Shown here piece by piece: positions 45,561 through 58,928 of a stretch of DNA of 58,928 nt. This DNA is from Perkinsus chesapeaki ATCC PRA-425 (taxonomy: Eukaryota; Protista; Perkinsozoa), in NCBI GenBank assembly GCA_013115145.1, contig JAAPAO010000168.1, positions 1 to 58,928 on the forward strand, given 5' to 3'. The translations under genes were made by a program, and so were the position numbers. A model generated the notes under the pieces. The model ran no database searches. It was not told the origin of the DNA and was given only the letters and a program-made list of their open reading frames with translations. Position 1 is the first letter of the stretch; every line of letters starts with the position of its first letter.

Positions 45561-47845
45561 TTAATCATCATCATTGATACCCATTTTATCAACTTCCCCC
45601 ATAAATCTATTAAAATCATCATCTAAACTACCACTCGCTGGTACTGCTGCATCGTTAGCAGTAGTAGTAGTAGCTGTATTCTTCTTAACTTCTCTTTTAC
45701 TTATTATCATAGTCTTAGCTTCTTGTTTCTTATGCTTTAAATGCACTTTATCACTATCCAATGTAAGTAGCTCAGGTGGACCTGCTCCCCCTGCTGCTGC
45801 TGTTGTTGATCGAACTTGATTCGGTATCTGCTTATGATAACTAATACTAATTCCACCTCATAATAATGATTATCATACAAATAGTTTAAGTTGTGGTTTA
45901 ACAGGTTTAGCCTCTATTACTGCTCCGGATGCTCTTGATGCATCATTCTCTATAATATAACGATCAAGTATTGCCTAACATCATCTTCATCATCAGTATT
46001 AGAATTATTATACTATTAATAAGGCCGATTATAAGCTTACTTCTTTACGAGCTTCATCCTCCTTTCTAATCCTTTTCTCAGCTGCCACTGCTGCAGCAGC
46101 TGCTGCTTGTCTGGCCCCTGATATGTCATAATAAGAATACTAATAATAATAATAACAACACTCACTCTCATAACAACGTTCTTTATTCTTATCACCCTCA
46201 CCATTAACAGCTGCTGCTGCTGCTGTTAACTGCTCTGTTCGTATCTATTAATAATTATTATTGTTCATAATCATCATAACTTACCGTTGGTTGAGTACTC
46301 CCTACTGCTTGTGGGAGAGGAGGAGGAGGAGGGAAGCTAATAGATTATATAACGATTAAGTTATTGATATTACTACTACTACCTAGCAAGTGGGTGTATA
46401 GGAGGGGGTGGAGGAGGGGGTACGATACCAGCTCCTCCTCCTCCTCCTCCTCCTCCTGGTTGGAAATGATGTGATGGTAGTTGTGTTGTAAATAGTGCTG
46501 GTGGTGGTGGTGGTGGTGGAGGTATCTATATAATACTAATGTACTAGTGCAATAGTGGTATAATGTTACATTGGGGATAAAATGAGCTGGTAATGATGCT
46601 GGTGGAGGAGGAGGAGGAGGCATCATCATACCACCCACCATATTACCAGGCATTACCATAAATGGTGGGGGAGGAGGAGGTATACCAGGAGGTAGCATTG
46701 GTGGTATAGGTGGTATTGGTGGACCATTATTAATAATATCCTAACCACTTATAATACATTTAAATGAGGTTAGCTTGTGTTACCTGATCACCCTTATCTT
46801 CTGATGTAACTGATACTCCTGCTGCTCCTGCTGGTGTTGTTTTCTCCTCATCAGTTCGTCCCCGTTTCTCATTAGGCTCTACTTTACTTCCCTCATCATC
46901 ATCACTATCATCATCGCTACTGCTACTCGAGGACGATGAGCTACTACTACTACTGCTGCTGCTATCTGACCTTCTTTTACGTTGTGCAAGTGCTCTCTGA
47001 TGGAATAATAGTATTATTAATATTATTATTAGTTTATTACTTGTCTCATTACAGTATCAACTTGTGAATCCTCACTACTACTATCATCATCATCACTTAT
47101 GTCTGGTGGTGGATAATTATGTAATGTGCCATCTTTATGCCTATCATCAACATCATCATTAATAATAATACAATGATCTATACCATCTTTTACTTGAATA
47201 ATGTCTGTTTTCCAGGTGGAGGTATACCAAAAGGGTTAAACTGTGCATCATAATATACTGAGTACTTACCCTAATAATAATCACCCTCTATTATTACTCT
47301 CAGTACTACTACTACCTATTACCTGTATAGCTGCCTTACGTCGAGCTTTACTATCTGGATCTGCCCAATCAGCATTAATCTTTCTATTCTCTCTGACAGC
47401 CTAACACGCACCTTTATAACCTCATTATAAAGCATTAATAACTATAACCTCCAATTCCTTCCTCTTTTTATCCATAACCTCCATTTTAGGCTTCAACCTA
47501 TGATAAGCTGATTCTAGTTGTGACAGTTTACGTGATATTTCAAAGTCAGGTCTAATAACACCTTAATAACTATAATAATTATTATTATTTAATAATATAT
47601 TACCGTCCTTCCTTTCTCACACGCTTTAACATATTCTCCATCGACTTAATACTAGCTTCTACCTGTTCTGGACTATTCTTCATAACCCATCCTTCTAAAG
47701 CTGATAGACGGTGCCTAGGAGAAAGTCATACCAAAGTTACAAATTATTATATATACTTTTTAATTTTATTTTTCTCCCTCTTTTTTTCCAATCGTCTTTG
47801 TTGCTCTGCTGGATTACGTGCTTTCCTTTCCCTTTTACCTCCCAT
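45561..47845 (-). CDS. WBP11: WW-domain-binding protein 11-like splicing factor, multi-exon
   Basis: NPAEQQRRLEKKREKIKLK N-terminus, FNPFGIPPPGK motif, acidic Ser tract and poly-Pro region. Confidence 0.7.
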
Positions 47846-48044
47846 TATATAACTAGCATAATCCTCAATAATAACTTTTAACACAACACTAAGTATTCTG
47901 AGAATCTTATACGTCTTATTGGTGGAAGGTCCTCGATAAATGATAATGCCGTATAAAGGCTAATGCTTAGATGGTTTATTAAGGCCAGCTTCTTGTTTGC
48001 ATCGGGCGAGCTAAGAATAACAATAATCTATCATTAATAACCAG

Positions 48045-49665
48045 TTATATCATTAATACCGCAGCATCCATATCAAATCCACATGAGGGGGAATCTGGTA
48101 ATCTTGCTGTAAGTATTTCAACACCATCATCGGTGATAATAACAGTATGCTCAAATTGAGCAGATCGCCTAAAATTATATACTATTGGAATGGTTGTTAT
48201 TATCCCTTTATTACTTTCCATCAAGAGTAACTGATGTCCAATCATCAGGCCAAGTTCTATCTTTATATGTACCAAGATTAAGCATTGGTTCAACAGTAAA
48301 GGCATGACCCGGCTAAAATACATAATGATAATATATAATAGATTATTACTCATCTACTACTACTTACTCTCATAACACCAATAGCTTTATTCTTCGCATA
48401 ATGAGGGACATTAGGAGCACAATGGAATAGATCTCGTACACCATGACCACAATAACTAATAATAATAGTAATAGTAATATAGACCTTTTTCTTACCTCTT
48501 AACAACAGATAAACCTTGATGATTAGCAACCTTTTGTATAGTATTACCAATATCTCTATACATCATTCCTGGTTTACATTCTTGTATACCAGCCATCATT
48601 GATGCATATGTTCCCTCTACTAGGCGTTTAGTATCATGAGCTAATGCTTTATTAACCTAATATATACTATTATATATTATTATACAGTAGAACAACAACT
48701 TACAACACCATCATGATCAGGTACAATATATGTCTCATTAAGATCAGCATGCATACCATTATGATAAAGTGTTATCTAATATAATAATAATAAGAAGAAG
48801 AGCGGTAGTATTGATGCTACTTACATCAACATTAACTATATCACCCGGTTGAAATACACGTTCATCAGGCATACCATGACATATAACTTCATTAACAGAT
48901 ACACATACAGATCGAGGGAAATGATAATAGTTCAATGGACTTGGATAACAATCATGTTCAACCTAATTATTATATATTAATATACAATGCTGTGGTATAT
49001 TATTACACAGAAGTTATGAACAACTTCATCAACATCCATACCTCTAACAGGATGCTTTTTACTAGCTGACATAATAAGCCTACCACATTCATCGATACAT
49101 TGACGTCCAAGTAACTATATAATATTAATTATTATCCTATTTATCCTATTAATCCTATTACACAAGCTTCTCTTAATCTAGATATCTCCTCATCATTAAG
49201 TTGTTTAATGAAGTTAGATCTACGTAAAGCTACTTCACCATGAGGTATGCCATCATTAGCATAATCAGGTCTAGCTATACTATCAGGTAGCTCCCTTAAT
49301 GGTCCCAATTTAGCTGGTCTTAATGTACCAGTCCAACCATTATAATTACGGAATTTAGCAAGATGTTCATCTTCATCATCAGTAGATGCTTCAGCAATAG
49401 CGTGAGCTACTTCTTCTTTAAGGGCTGCTTTACCACTACCACCAGATAACATTTGTTTCATTATCTTATGTACTTCCTTATGTTGATCCCATGCCATTTT
49501 GAAACATTGTTGACAACAGAAGTATGATGGTGGTACACCAAGTTTAGTGCATGTTGGACATTTTAAGGTACATTCAGCATTAGTAGGTTTATTACACATA
49601 GGACAATGAGTCGACCCTTGAGGGCATCCTTGACATGTATGAGCACTTTTATCGTCACCAGTCAT
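48045..49665 (-). CDS. METAP1: Methionine aminopeptidase 1 with N-terminal zinc finger, multi-exon
   Basis: LKCPTC...[15 protein letters not shown]; IARPDYA; YCGHGV...[19 protein letters not shown]; [11 protein letters not shown]. Confidence 0.95.
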
Positions 49666-49880
49666 TATATAGAAATGAAGGACAAGAGGAGGAAGGAACA
49701 CTAATCAATAAAGATAACATAGCTCTTACTAATGAAGACATTTATGCACCCAATATTGGACATAAAACCCGCGCAGGTTCTATCCCCAGCACCTCCCACT
49801 TTCTTCCGTAATATTTAAACAAAGCAGTTGAGTTGATCGTAGTCTAAATGGGCTTGAATAGTCGAGGATCAGGATCATCT

Positions 49881-52800
49881 ATGGATGATACTACTATGAT
49901 AGGGGATGAAGGATCAGAAAGGTTAAATATGTTGAATGATATAATAGAATCAATAGAGTAATAATAATATTAATAATATTAATAATATATAATAATAAGA
50001 TACTATCACTCAATAGCACGTAAATCATTAGCAATAGACCAAGAGCAAGCTTCAAGCAAAGATATCTTAACATCATGGCTACTACTTTGGGAGCTATATA
50101 CATCTCAACGTAATATTATAATATGATATAATATAATATTTAACAGAGACCTGTCATGAGTTCCAAGAAACAATAGATGATGAGGAAGGTAATCCACCAC
50201 CATCAATGATGGTTGGTGAAGTACCAGGATGGATAGAAATAGGACAAGTAATCGAACATGTTATAATGTTGTTATTATTGTATATTAGCGTTTAAGATGG
50301 GCTTATTGTCATATACCATCATATAGAGTATTATTAGCTCTATTAAGATGGTTAAGGCAAATACAACGTGATGAATTAGAGGATAGTAATAATAATATAT
50401 ATAATATTATTATAAGTATTATTAGACCCTCCTGATAGCAATACAGGTGGCGTTTTAAAGGCGCTATTTGATATACTTCGTAATAATGATTATATTGATA
50501 ATAAATATAATATTATTAGGCACCGAAGGTGATGATGCTGCTATTAGAGCATTATCTATTCAAACATCTAGGGATATGTATAGAGCATTAGAATTAGCTG
50601 CAGTAATGGGATCACCCCATGCATCATCTAAAGATGAGGAGACGACACAAGCCTATATGGATTGGACTGAGAAGGTAATATGGTTATAATTATATAGTAG
50701 TAGGTAAGTGGATATCAGACTATGATAAATACTATGTCTGGTAATAATAACAACACAACAACTGCCGCCGCGACACAAGAGCAGCAGCAGCGAAGCAGTG
50801 GTGTATTAAATCCATTACCTTCAAGAAGGCTACTTGTTAAAGAAGGTGCTTTAATGCAGTTATCATGCAGTAACAATTCTAATAAAGAATCATCTATGTT
50901 AAGTGATGATGAAAAGGCATGGTTAGGGTAATAATAATAATAAATTGTATTATATGATATTTAATTTGATTATAGGTATTTAACTGGTGATATATCATCA
51001 TTATTACAATGTAAAGATAAATGGTTAAATAGTAATGATAATATAGGAAGGTCATCATCGCTTGTTACTGCTGGTACTGTCGATGGTAGTAGGAGAGTGA
51101 AAGGACAAGGGAGAGTTAGAGCTAATACTAGTGTATCATGGGCAATGGATAGAGGCAAGGATAATAGACAAGTTACACAAAGGCAGCATCATCCATTACA
51201 GTGGGTTAAATTACATTGTCTGAAGGAATGGTGTACAGAGCTTATATTAGAAGGGTAATAAGGGGAGGGAAATAATAAGGGACGTATTATTATAGATTAT
51301 TACCATCGCATACTAGTGATAAATGTAGTAAAACAGTCATTACGTCATTGGGCACATTGTCATATTTAAAGGGATGGTGGGATGTATTATCAAGAGCTTA
51401 TAATAATAATGATAATATTATGATTAAAGAGATAGAGAGTAGATTTAATAATGCTATACGAGAGAACTTGTTGCATATTATTAGCGATGATCATAACGAT
51501 GGTATATTTAATAAGGTAATATATTGATTATTTTATTAATTTTAACAAACTTCAGATAAATGAATGTTGGATAAATGCAATGACACTTTATGATGCTGAA
51601 CAGTCAAAATCGGCTAGTAAATTATCCTTTAAACATCTTATTCAACCAATGACCATAATATGGGACTGGCTAAATGAGGATTCACAACAACAGCAGCAGC
51701 AAGGGGATAGCTCAGATATCACAACACGACAAAGGCGCTATCAACTATGTAGGGCTCGGCTCTGCTCTATTCATCTTATAAATGTACTGTAGTTACTACT
51801 GCTGAGTTTGGGGGATATCTCTCTACATTATACCGTCAAGAAATATTACCATATCATGTTAAATGGTGTAATGAATATAATGATGAGGATTATATAGATG
51901 ATAATGTCGATGCATTATTAAATGGTTTAATAAGAGCTAAGCTTGAAGTAGATGATGATTATAAATATGATGTAATAATAATAATAATACGAAGAATAAC
52001 ATCAGATCTTTAATTAGGATCAACTACCTGCCTCAGTTATAGATGAAGCATTAGTATCAGCTTTAGTGGCTAATGAACAACTACATAATAATAATAATAA
52101 TCATTATCATGGAGTTAGACAATATAAAGGCAATGATGGTATGATGTTACTAGATAATAAAATAATAACAATATTTGAAGAAAGAGTTAATAATGCATCA
52201 TCACATATTCAAATGATTAAAGGATCGGCTGCACAAGTCGAAGCATGGGTATGGTTTATTAGAAGGTATACATGTTATTATTTATATACATGTCATTAAT
52301 AATAATTATAATATAGGTCATTTATATCGGATTGGTGTTGTTGTCCAGCTGTATCATCAACTCCAACTAACCCAATATCACCATCTATTCTTCAATCATT
52401 ATTCCATATACTTTATACATTAGCTATTATAGTAGCTAATAAAGTTGTTGATGAATTGGAACCTAAAGATTCTATACAAGTAACATTATAAAGTATATAA
52501 GTTATAATATGATGATGATAATAGATACTTAGAGAAGTTGTAGCATTGTGTGCTGAACTGTCCCCTGATGATGATACCTTGAAGGCCGAGAGTGGTCCTA
52601 CATCAATCGAATTAGGTATATTATTATGGTCATATTTAGATATAATCTATTATATAGATACTGGTGTTAGCTCATCACAATCAACACCTGCTGAACTTAT
52701 TGGTACTATAGCATTAGTTAGAGCCTGGTGGATGGGATATTATAAACATGAAATGCATGATGATGATGATGATGATGATGATGTGGGGGTGGAAGGGAAT

Positions 52801-53889
52801 GTTGATGCTGATATTATAACAGCACTAAGTACTATTAAAGAGAGTGGGGGTATGTCTTCTTCTAAAGGGTATGTAATGTATTATAGGTGCATGTTTGGTG
52901 TATCCTTTATTAGAGTTATTTATATTGGATCAAAAAGTATCATCTGATATACTAACATTATATTTACAAGATAAAGCCACTCGTAATAAGAGTTGTATCA
53001 GTTGAATAATTCTGAATAATAGACTTTTATATTAGCTGCTTTTTGGACTTCGATGGCAAAGACCCAAAGAGAGATATCATCTATTCGTGATGCGGGCAAT
53101 ACGAAAGGTCGAGACCGCAGCTGCCGTGGCCGCCGACGTAACAGTCTTACCGATGCCGATGTTAATGATATGTTATCAGTAATAATAATGTATTATAATA
53201 ATGATAATGTTGTTGTTGTTGATAGGTATATGAATCATTAGACTCTATTGTTTGGTTACAATCACTTGTACAAGATGCTATACTTCATCAACGTCATCTT
53301 AAAGTATTACAAGAAGCTCCACAACCAGCTACTGAAAATGAGATATTTGCTGCTCAATCATTGAATATTAAAGATGGTAGATGATTAAATTGATGAAGGA
53401 TAGGAGGGACGTAATTGGTATTTAGGGAAGCATAAGCAGCAGCAAGGAGAAGACGAAGGAGTACTACCTTTAGAGGTTCGTAGAAGAATGGCTGATGCTA
53501 GACGACATTATGAAAGGTTACAGAATTGTGAGGAAGAATCACGAAATAAAATAGTAACAATTATTATTGATGATAAGGTTATTAATTGGTATTAGATTGA
53601 ATCCTTACGAAATAGAGTTATGGATGAAGATACTTTCCTTCCTACCTTAAGGAAATCTCATCAAGGACGATTACAACTTGGTTATTGTGCATGGGTTGCT
53701 ATTGAAATAGGTTTAAGTGTAGATGAGGATAATATTATTATAGATGAATTAATTCATGTATGGTTACCACAATCCACTTGGTTAGAGTAATAATAATAAT
53801 ATTATATTTGTAATATATCTTTTAGATCATCATTACCAAGTGAAGTAACAAGTCAACTTAAAGACTTAGACAGTAGATTAGGCTCTTGA
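49881..53889 (+). CDS. Large hypothetical multi-exon protein
   Basis: A long series of short open exons bounded by GT-AG around AT-rich introns, ending DLDSRLGS*. No family recognised. Confidence 0.5.
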
Positions 53890-54038
53890 ATGTTGCTAAC
53901 GTTAATATGTTTTCCATTATAACATTTGATGGGTTTATTAGTAACAAAGGATGGGAAGAATGTAAGTGAAAACATTCAATTGAAATTATGAGATAATGTT
54001 TTTATTAACACAATAATAATATTCGATAAGAAACACGA

Positions 54039-54830
54039 TTAGTTATCTAGAAGAAGGAATGCTTTAAGTTGTTCTAAAGCTCTACTTCTATGAGATAGAC
54101 TATTTTTCTCATCCTTACTCATTTCAGCATATCTGATATATAAACTATACTAAAACATACTATTTAATTACGTCTTTCCGCTGGTCCCTTCTTCATTTGG
54201 TTGAAATATTGGATCCCATCCAAAAGTATTAGGACCTCTTGGTGGTACAATAATACCATTAGTTATACCAGTAAAGGTTAATGGTTCATCAGTAGTACCA
54301 TCATAATAAGCAAACGTGCATCTTGCTTTTGCACTTTTATCCTAAAATAATAATACATATCATTAAAAGAACATCAAAACATCACTTACATCAAAACCAA
54401 CTAGCATACGATTCAGGCCATCATGACCTAACTTCTCCAAAAACCATTTTCTGATAGAAAAACAATAATACTTGTTTAGTTGGTTGTTGTTGTTACATAT
54501 ATGGTCCTGGTAAACCACCCATTGCATTAAAACCGAGGCAAGTATCTTCAACTATAACCCTTTTATTATTTCCACCAAGTCCATTATATGCTTCCAGACA
54601 CTTTTCCTTACTTATCTCCTCGGGACTTGATCCTTGATATTCGGGTACTATAATGATATATAATTAATAATATATTATGGTATATTACAGTCTAGTTTGA
54701 CATTATCAAATTTGATAGTATCTCCAATGATCTGTTGAACCTCCCTCAATTTATTGACATTTCCTGTTACAAACGTTATAGCGCCTTTCATTAACTGCTG
54801 ATGTTGACGATTAGCAACGATTGGAGACAT
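54039..54830 (-). CDS. ITPA: Inosine triphosphate pyrophosphatase (Ham1 family), multi-exon
   Basis: [42 protein letters not shown] and SHRSRAL. Confidence 0.95.
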
Positions 54831-54975
54831 AACTGATATTATTATAATATTCGATAATAACTCAATAACTAGTTGATAATGCATGATGATTATTATTATG
54901 ATGTGCAGAATCTAGTGATAATGAATATGGATTCCATATGAAGAATATACGATAATAATTATCCTAGTAGATATA

Positions 54976-56412
54976 CTACAGGATATAATAAATAATTAAA
55001 ATAATAGTTATGAAGGTAATACGAGTATTAATATGATATGATTTACTATACTTAAATAACGGTACCTAATATGTGAATAATGAAATGGTATTGTAGTAGT
55101 GTGATTACGTTTGGCCAGATATTATTCATTTCTGGGCAAACATCTAGTAGATATCTTACTAGTCCACCACCTCCTTCTTTAAGTGTACTTCCACCAATTA
55201 AAGCTTCTGGTTGAGTTGCCAAAAAACTATGATGACAGTTAATCCTCAACTTGAATGATACTTCATATAAATGACGCTAATAATAAAGATAATATTAATA
55301 ATAATAGTTAATCGATTACTTTCATCTCAAGTTTGAGATCTTCTAATGGGCAATTAAAATATTGTAATACCTGGTATTGGTATATAATACAATATTATTT
55401 ATTAATAATAATTATACCTCATTATCAGTATAATCTCTAGTTGATGTACAAACATGATATGCAGCACATGATGCTGCACAGAATTGTGAAGGGTCACTCC
55501 TAATTCTATTATTATATTAATAAATTTTATTATATAACATTACGTATTAGTAGCTCTAACTTTAGCATCTTTAGAACATATATTAATAAGTGAATCACAA
55601 GATAAACCACTAACAACCTAATAATAATAACATATAGTTTAATTAATGATGGTGATGATCGTCATGATTATGTTATTACATTGAATATTAGAGTAATAAA
55701 TGGTATAACGGTAGTGGCAACAATCTTTACCATGATGATGATGATGACGATAAATAAGGAATACAACAATAACAACACTGTCGTTGCTCTTGTTGCTGCT
55801 GTTTAATAATATTAAAATAACAAAACAATTATCGAGCATGTGTGTTTTTATCTATCATCACCATCATCAACCCCATCTTCTCCTCCTCCTCCCCTGATAG
55901 ATGGTGTTATTATCCCTACGCTTGACTGTTGTGTATGTATATCATCTGCCTCCTCCTCCTCCTTCTGCTGCTGCTCTTCTACTTGTCTCATTCTATCTTG
56001 TATTTCCCACTTTTTCTCACAAAACCTCACCACAGACGCCAATGATGATTTATGTGGTAAGGATTGATTATCTTCATCATTTGATATATCATAATCATGG
56101 CCAAATGCACTCTAAACATATTGCAGCAGTTATTTAACAAGTTATTTATCATTAACTTACATTTATAATCCTTCTATTAACCTTCTTATTAATATCTTCA
56201 GAGGAGTCAGTAATTAGCATACGATAACAGTGTTGGTGATGAAGGAGGAGGAGGGGTGTTACTCTTCTATAGAGTATCATATAGAGTATGTCATGATATA
56301 AATGATGGTTCGATATTACTAACAATAGTATTATAATACTGACGCAAGCACCAGCAACAGCAGCAACAGGAGTAGCAGGAGTAGCAGGAGTAGCGAAAAC
56401 ACTAATGAGCAT
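54976..56412 (-). CDS. Hypothetical multi-exon protein
   Basis: Short open exons with GT-AG boundaries. Both ends and some junctions are uncertain. Confidence 0.4.
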
Positions 56413-56449
56413 GATGATGAAGGTGACAAACTATAGGCAAAATTATTAA

Positions 56450-58424
56450 CTAATAAGGTGGTATATCATAATCACATCGATTAATCCCTAAAAACTCTAT
56501 CGCCGTACCATTTAAAAGTTGTGATTTGACCTAAGACAATCACAGTACACTATATAATAACAACAATGATGAGTATTCGTGGGTACCTTATCATCCAAAT
56601 ATTCATTGTCCTCTATTAACTGACCAGGATATGCTGTAAGGATCTCACCAGTCTCTGGAGCGACACTTGGTACTTCACCAAGTGGGAATGGATAATCCGA
56701 ACCCAGTGCTACTCTATTGGCACCAAACTAATACAGTAATTATAATTGTTTATTGATATATATTATTATTACTACTACCATATCAACTATGATATTAAGC
56801 ATTCTTGGATCATGACATATACTATCAACATAAAGCTTCTTAACAGCCCTAATAAATAGCATACAGCAACTTAATTATTGTTACTATATAGTAGTTACAT
56901 TACTCTCTAGGATTAACCTTGGAATCCTTAGCAACCAGATCAGGTCGACAACGCCATCCCCATTCAATCCTTCCTAGTGTCCCCGGTATTGAACCACCGC
57001 CATGGGCAAACATTACTTTAAGTCCAGGTATCTAAAAAAAGAAGAGGAACATGGTGATGATGATGATGATGATGATGATGAAGGAACATAATAAGAAGGG
57101 CTGCTGCTTTGTTGTTGAATATTGTATTAGCCACCAGTTTCGTGGTGGTGTTGTTGTATTACTTTATCAATAACACCACCCAACATAATAGAACACATAG
57201 CTAGACTAACTTCAGTAGGCATACCCACTAACCATGGTAACCAATAACCTTGCCAACACCATTCCATATCCCAAGGATGTATAAATATACCAACATTAAG
57301 TGATCTAATAATAATATAAATAATAATATAAAGTAATAATATACTGTATTATTACTTTGCAGTCTCCCATATAGGTAGTAATCTTTTATCATTCAACATT
57401 ATATTATCAATACAACCACCACCACCATTGTTGTTGTTGCTACTATGAGATGATGAGTTAGTCCATGAATTAATGTGACTTCCTATTTGAAAGCCTCTCA
57501 TACCCTTTTCAATAACAGCTCTGGTCATCTCTTTAGCCGCTTCCTCTGGGTGTTGTAATGGTAATGTCCCTAATGATAAATGGTATGATGTTATTAATAT
57601 TTATTATAATAATAGGATAACCTAAAGCAACCATCCTTCTTGGATTACTCTTAACTTGTTCGGCTAATGAATCATTTAAAAATCTATAATAACAATAGTA
57701 TTATATAATTATTATATATTTATTACTTGCTCCAATATATCCCTAATGTTGGCTTTAAATGATAATTAAATAATACTGGTACTGTACATACTGTTTGTAC
57801 CTACTAACACCAACAAAAACTCAATATACACTATACTATTAAGGTGGTGCAGCAGCAGCAGATTAATACATTAACACCCCATCTATCGCATTCTTCTATT
57901 ACAATATTAGGATCGATACAGTTACTTTTAACCTAATAATGGTGTCTAAAGGTATACTACAGTATATTATGTATCATCATCATAGTCTTACTTTTCTAAA
58001 TAGTTTACCTTCACCAGGCGGGACAGATGATGATGCATTGGTGGTATTAACCCATTCCATCCTTTTAATAAATCCAGCCTTTCGACCAATATCATCATCT
58101 TTTGGTAGATCTACTATACGTAAATCAAAACCTTCCTGACATAATAATAACAATAACTATTGTAAATAATAACCTTATATCGGTACGTTACTATTGATGG
58201 CCAATCTTGAGGTAAAATATGTGTATGAATATCAATCTTACCACCACCACAACCATTAATAGATACTTCATCATTGTTATCAGCTACCTCCTCCTCCTCA
58301 TCATCTTCCTGATGTATGATGACTGGTTTTGTTGTATTATACATTATTATTATACCCACCGCCAGCCCACACCACCAATATCAAGGACCAAGATATTCTT
58401 GCTGGTCACAATACTACCACCCAT
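56450..58424 (-). CDS. ACMSD: 2-amino-3-carboxymuconate-6-semialdehyde decarboxylase (amidohydrolase-2 family), multi-exon
   Basis: KIDIHTHILP metal motif, HPWDM, AHGGGS...LGRIEWG, LGSDYPFPLGE, and the C-terminal LNGTAIEFLGI. Confidence 0.88.
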
Positions 58425-58842
58425 ACTTAATAACATTAAGACTTAACACAATAATAATTAATGGATTATTATTATCACGACGATATAACCGATTCAATAA
58501 TGATGAAGATGATGATGAAGATGATGATGGTACTGAACAAATGGTATTATTATTCGAGGAAAGTAATCACAATAATAGTGATGATAATGGAATAATAAGA
58601 ATAATAATACCAGCTCAATAACACTACTAACTAATAGTGGTGGTGGTGAAGCATTATGAATATATCATCAACATCATCATCAACATTATCAACATTAGTA
58701 AATACTATTATGAATGATGATGGTGAGATGATATTAGGAAACTATTTCCAATGTAATAATAACAATTACATTACAGCAGCACGCTACGTGCTAGTATCAT
58801 CAACAACAACAACAACAACAACAACAGCTAAGTAGTAGTCAG

Positions 58843-58928
58843 TTAGTTGGCCTCGTCAACAAGCTTTTGGAAGCTATTATCAATCTGGTTAACAAGATTA
58901 GCAAAGAACTTCTCAAAGTACTCTTCAC
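58843..58928 (-). CDS. 3' end of an unidentified gene running off the window
   Basis: Open frame EEYFEKFFANLVNQIDNSFQKLVDEAN* in non-repetitive sequence. Confidence 0.45.
   Translation of the reverse strand, partial: EEYFEKFFANLVNQIDNSFQKLVDEAN

Noticed and set aside
57055-58826. (GAT)n and (AAC)n triplet runs and similar tracts
   Set aside because: Ordinary intronic or intergenic microsatellites; no spacer structure, so not CRISPR-like.
1-58928. Metabolic gene cluster (deaminases, pabABC, ITPA, ACMSD)
   Set aside because: The genes are far apart, in different pathways and interspersed with unrelated housekeeping genes.

Overview
This is gene-dense, intron-rich eukaryotic DNA, most consistent with a Perkinsus-like myzozoan alveolate. 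That is an inference from the Kelch13 orthologue, the ~40-55 nt GT-AG introns and the gene content. Most six-frame ORFs are exon fragments, so I reassembled about 27 protein genes by hand; all exon joins are manual and need RNA-seq. The window holds tandem paralogue pairs (SDR, F-box/ankyrin, guanine deaminase, SR splicing factor, S41 protease) and core genes (centrin, LPCAT-like, CC2D1/Lgd-like, OST3/6, GID8-like, K13, PDK1-like kinase, WBP11, MetAP1, ITPA, ACMSD). It also holds tRNA-Gly(GCC) and an intronic tRNA-Phe(GAA). Best leads: (1) a PabA-PabB-PabC triple fusion; (2) guanine deaminases built as single-chain active/dead pseudo-dimers; (3) intronless CPAF-like S41 proteases, two with lipobox-like signal ends; (4) a 14-mer repeated exactly four times outside the annotated genes; (5) a poison-exon-like cassette in an SR gene; (6) a Cys-rich GPI surface protein missed by the ORF track. 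No database searches were run; family calls rest on recalled motifs.
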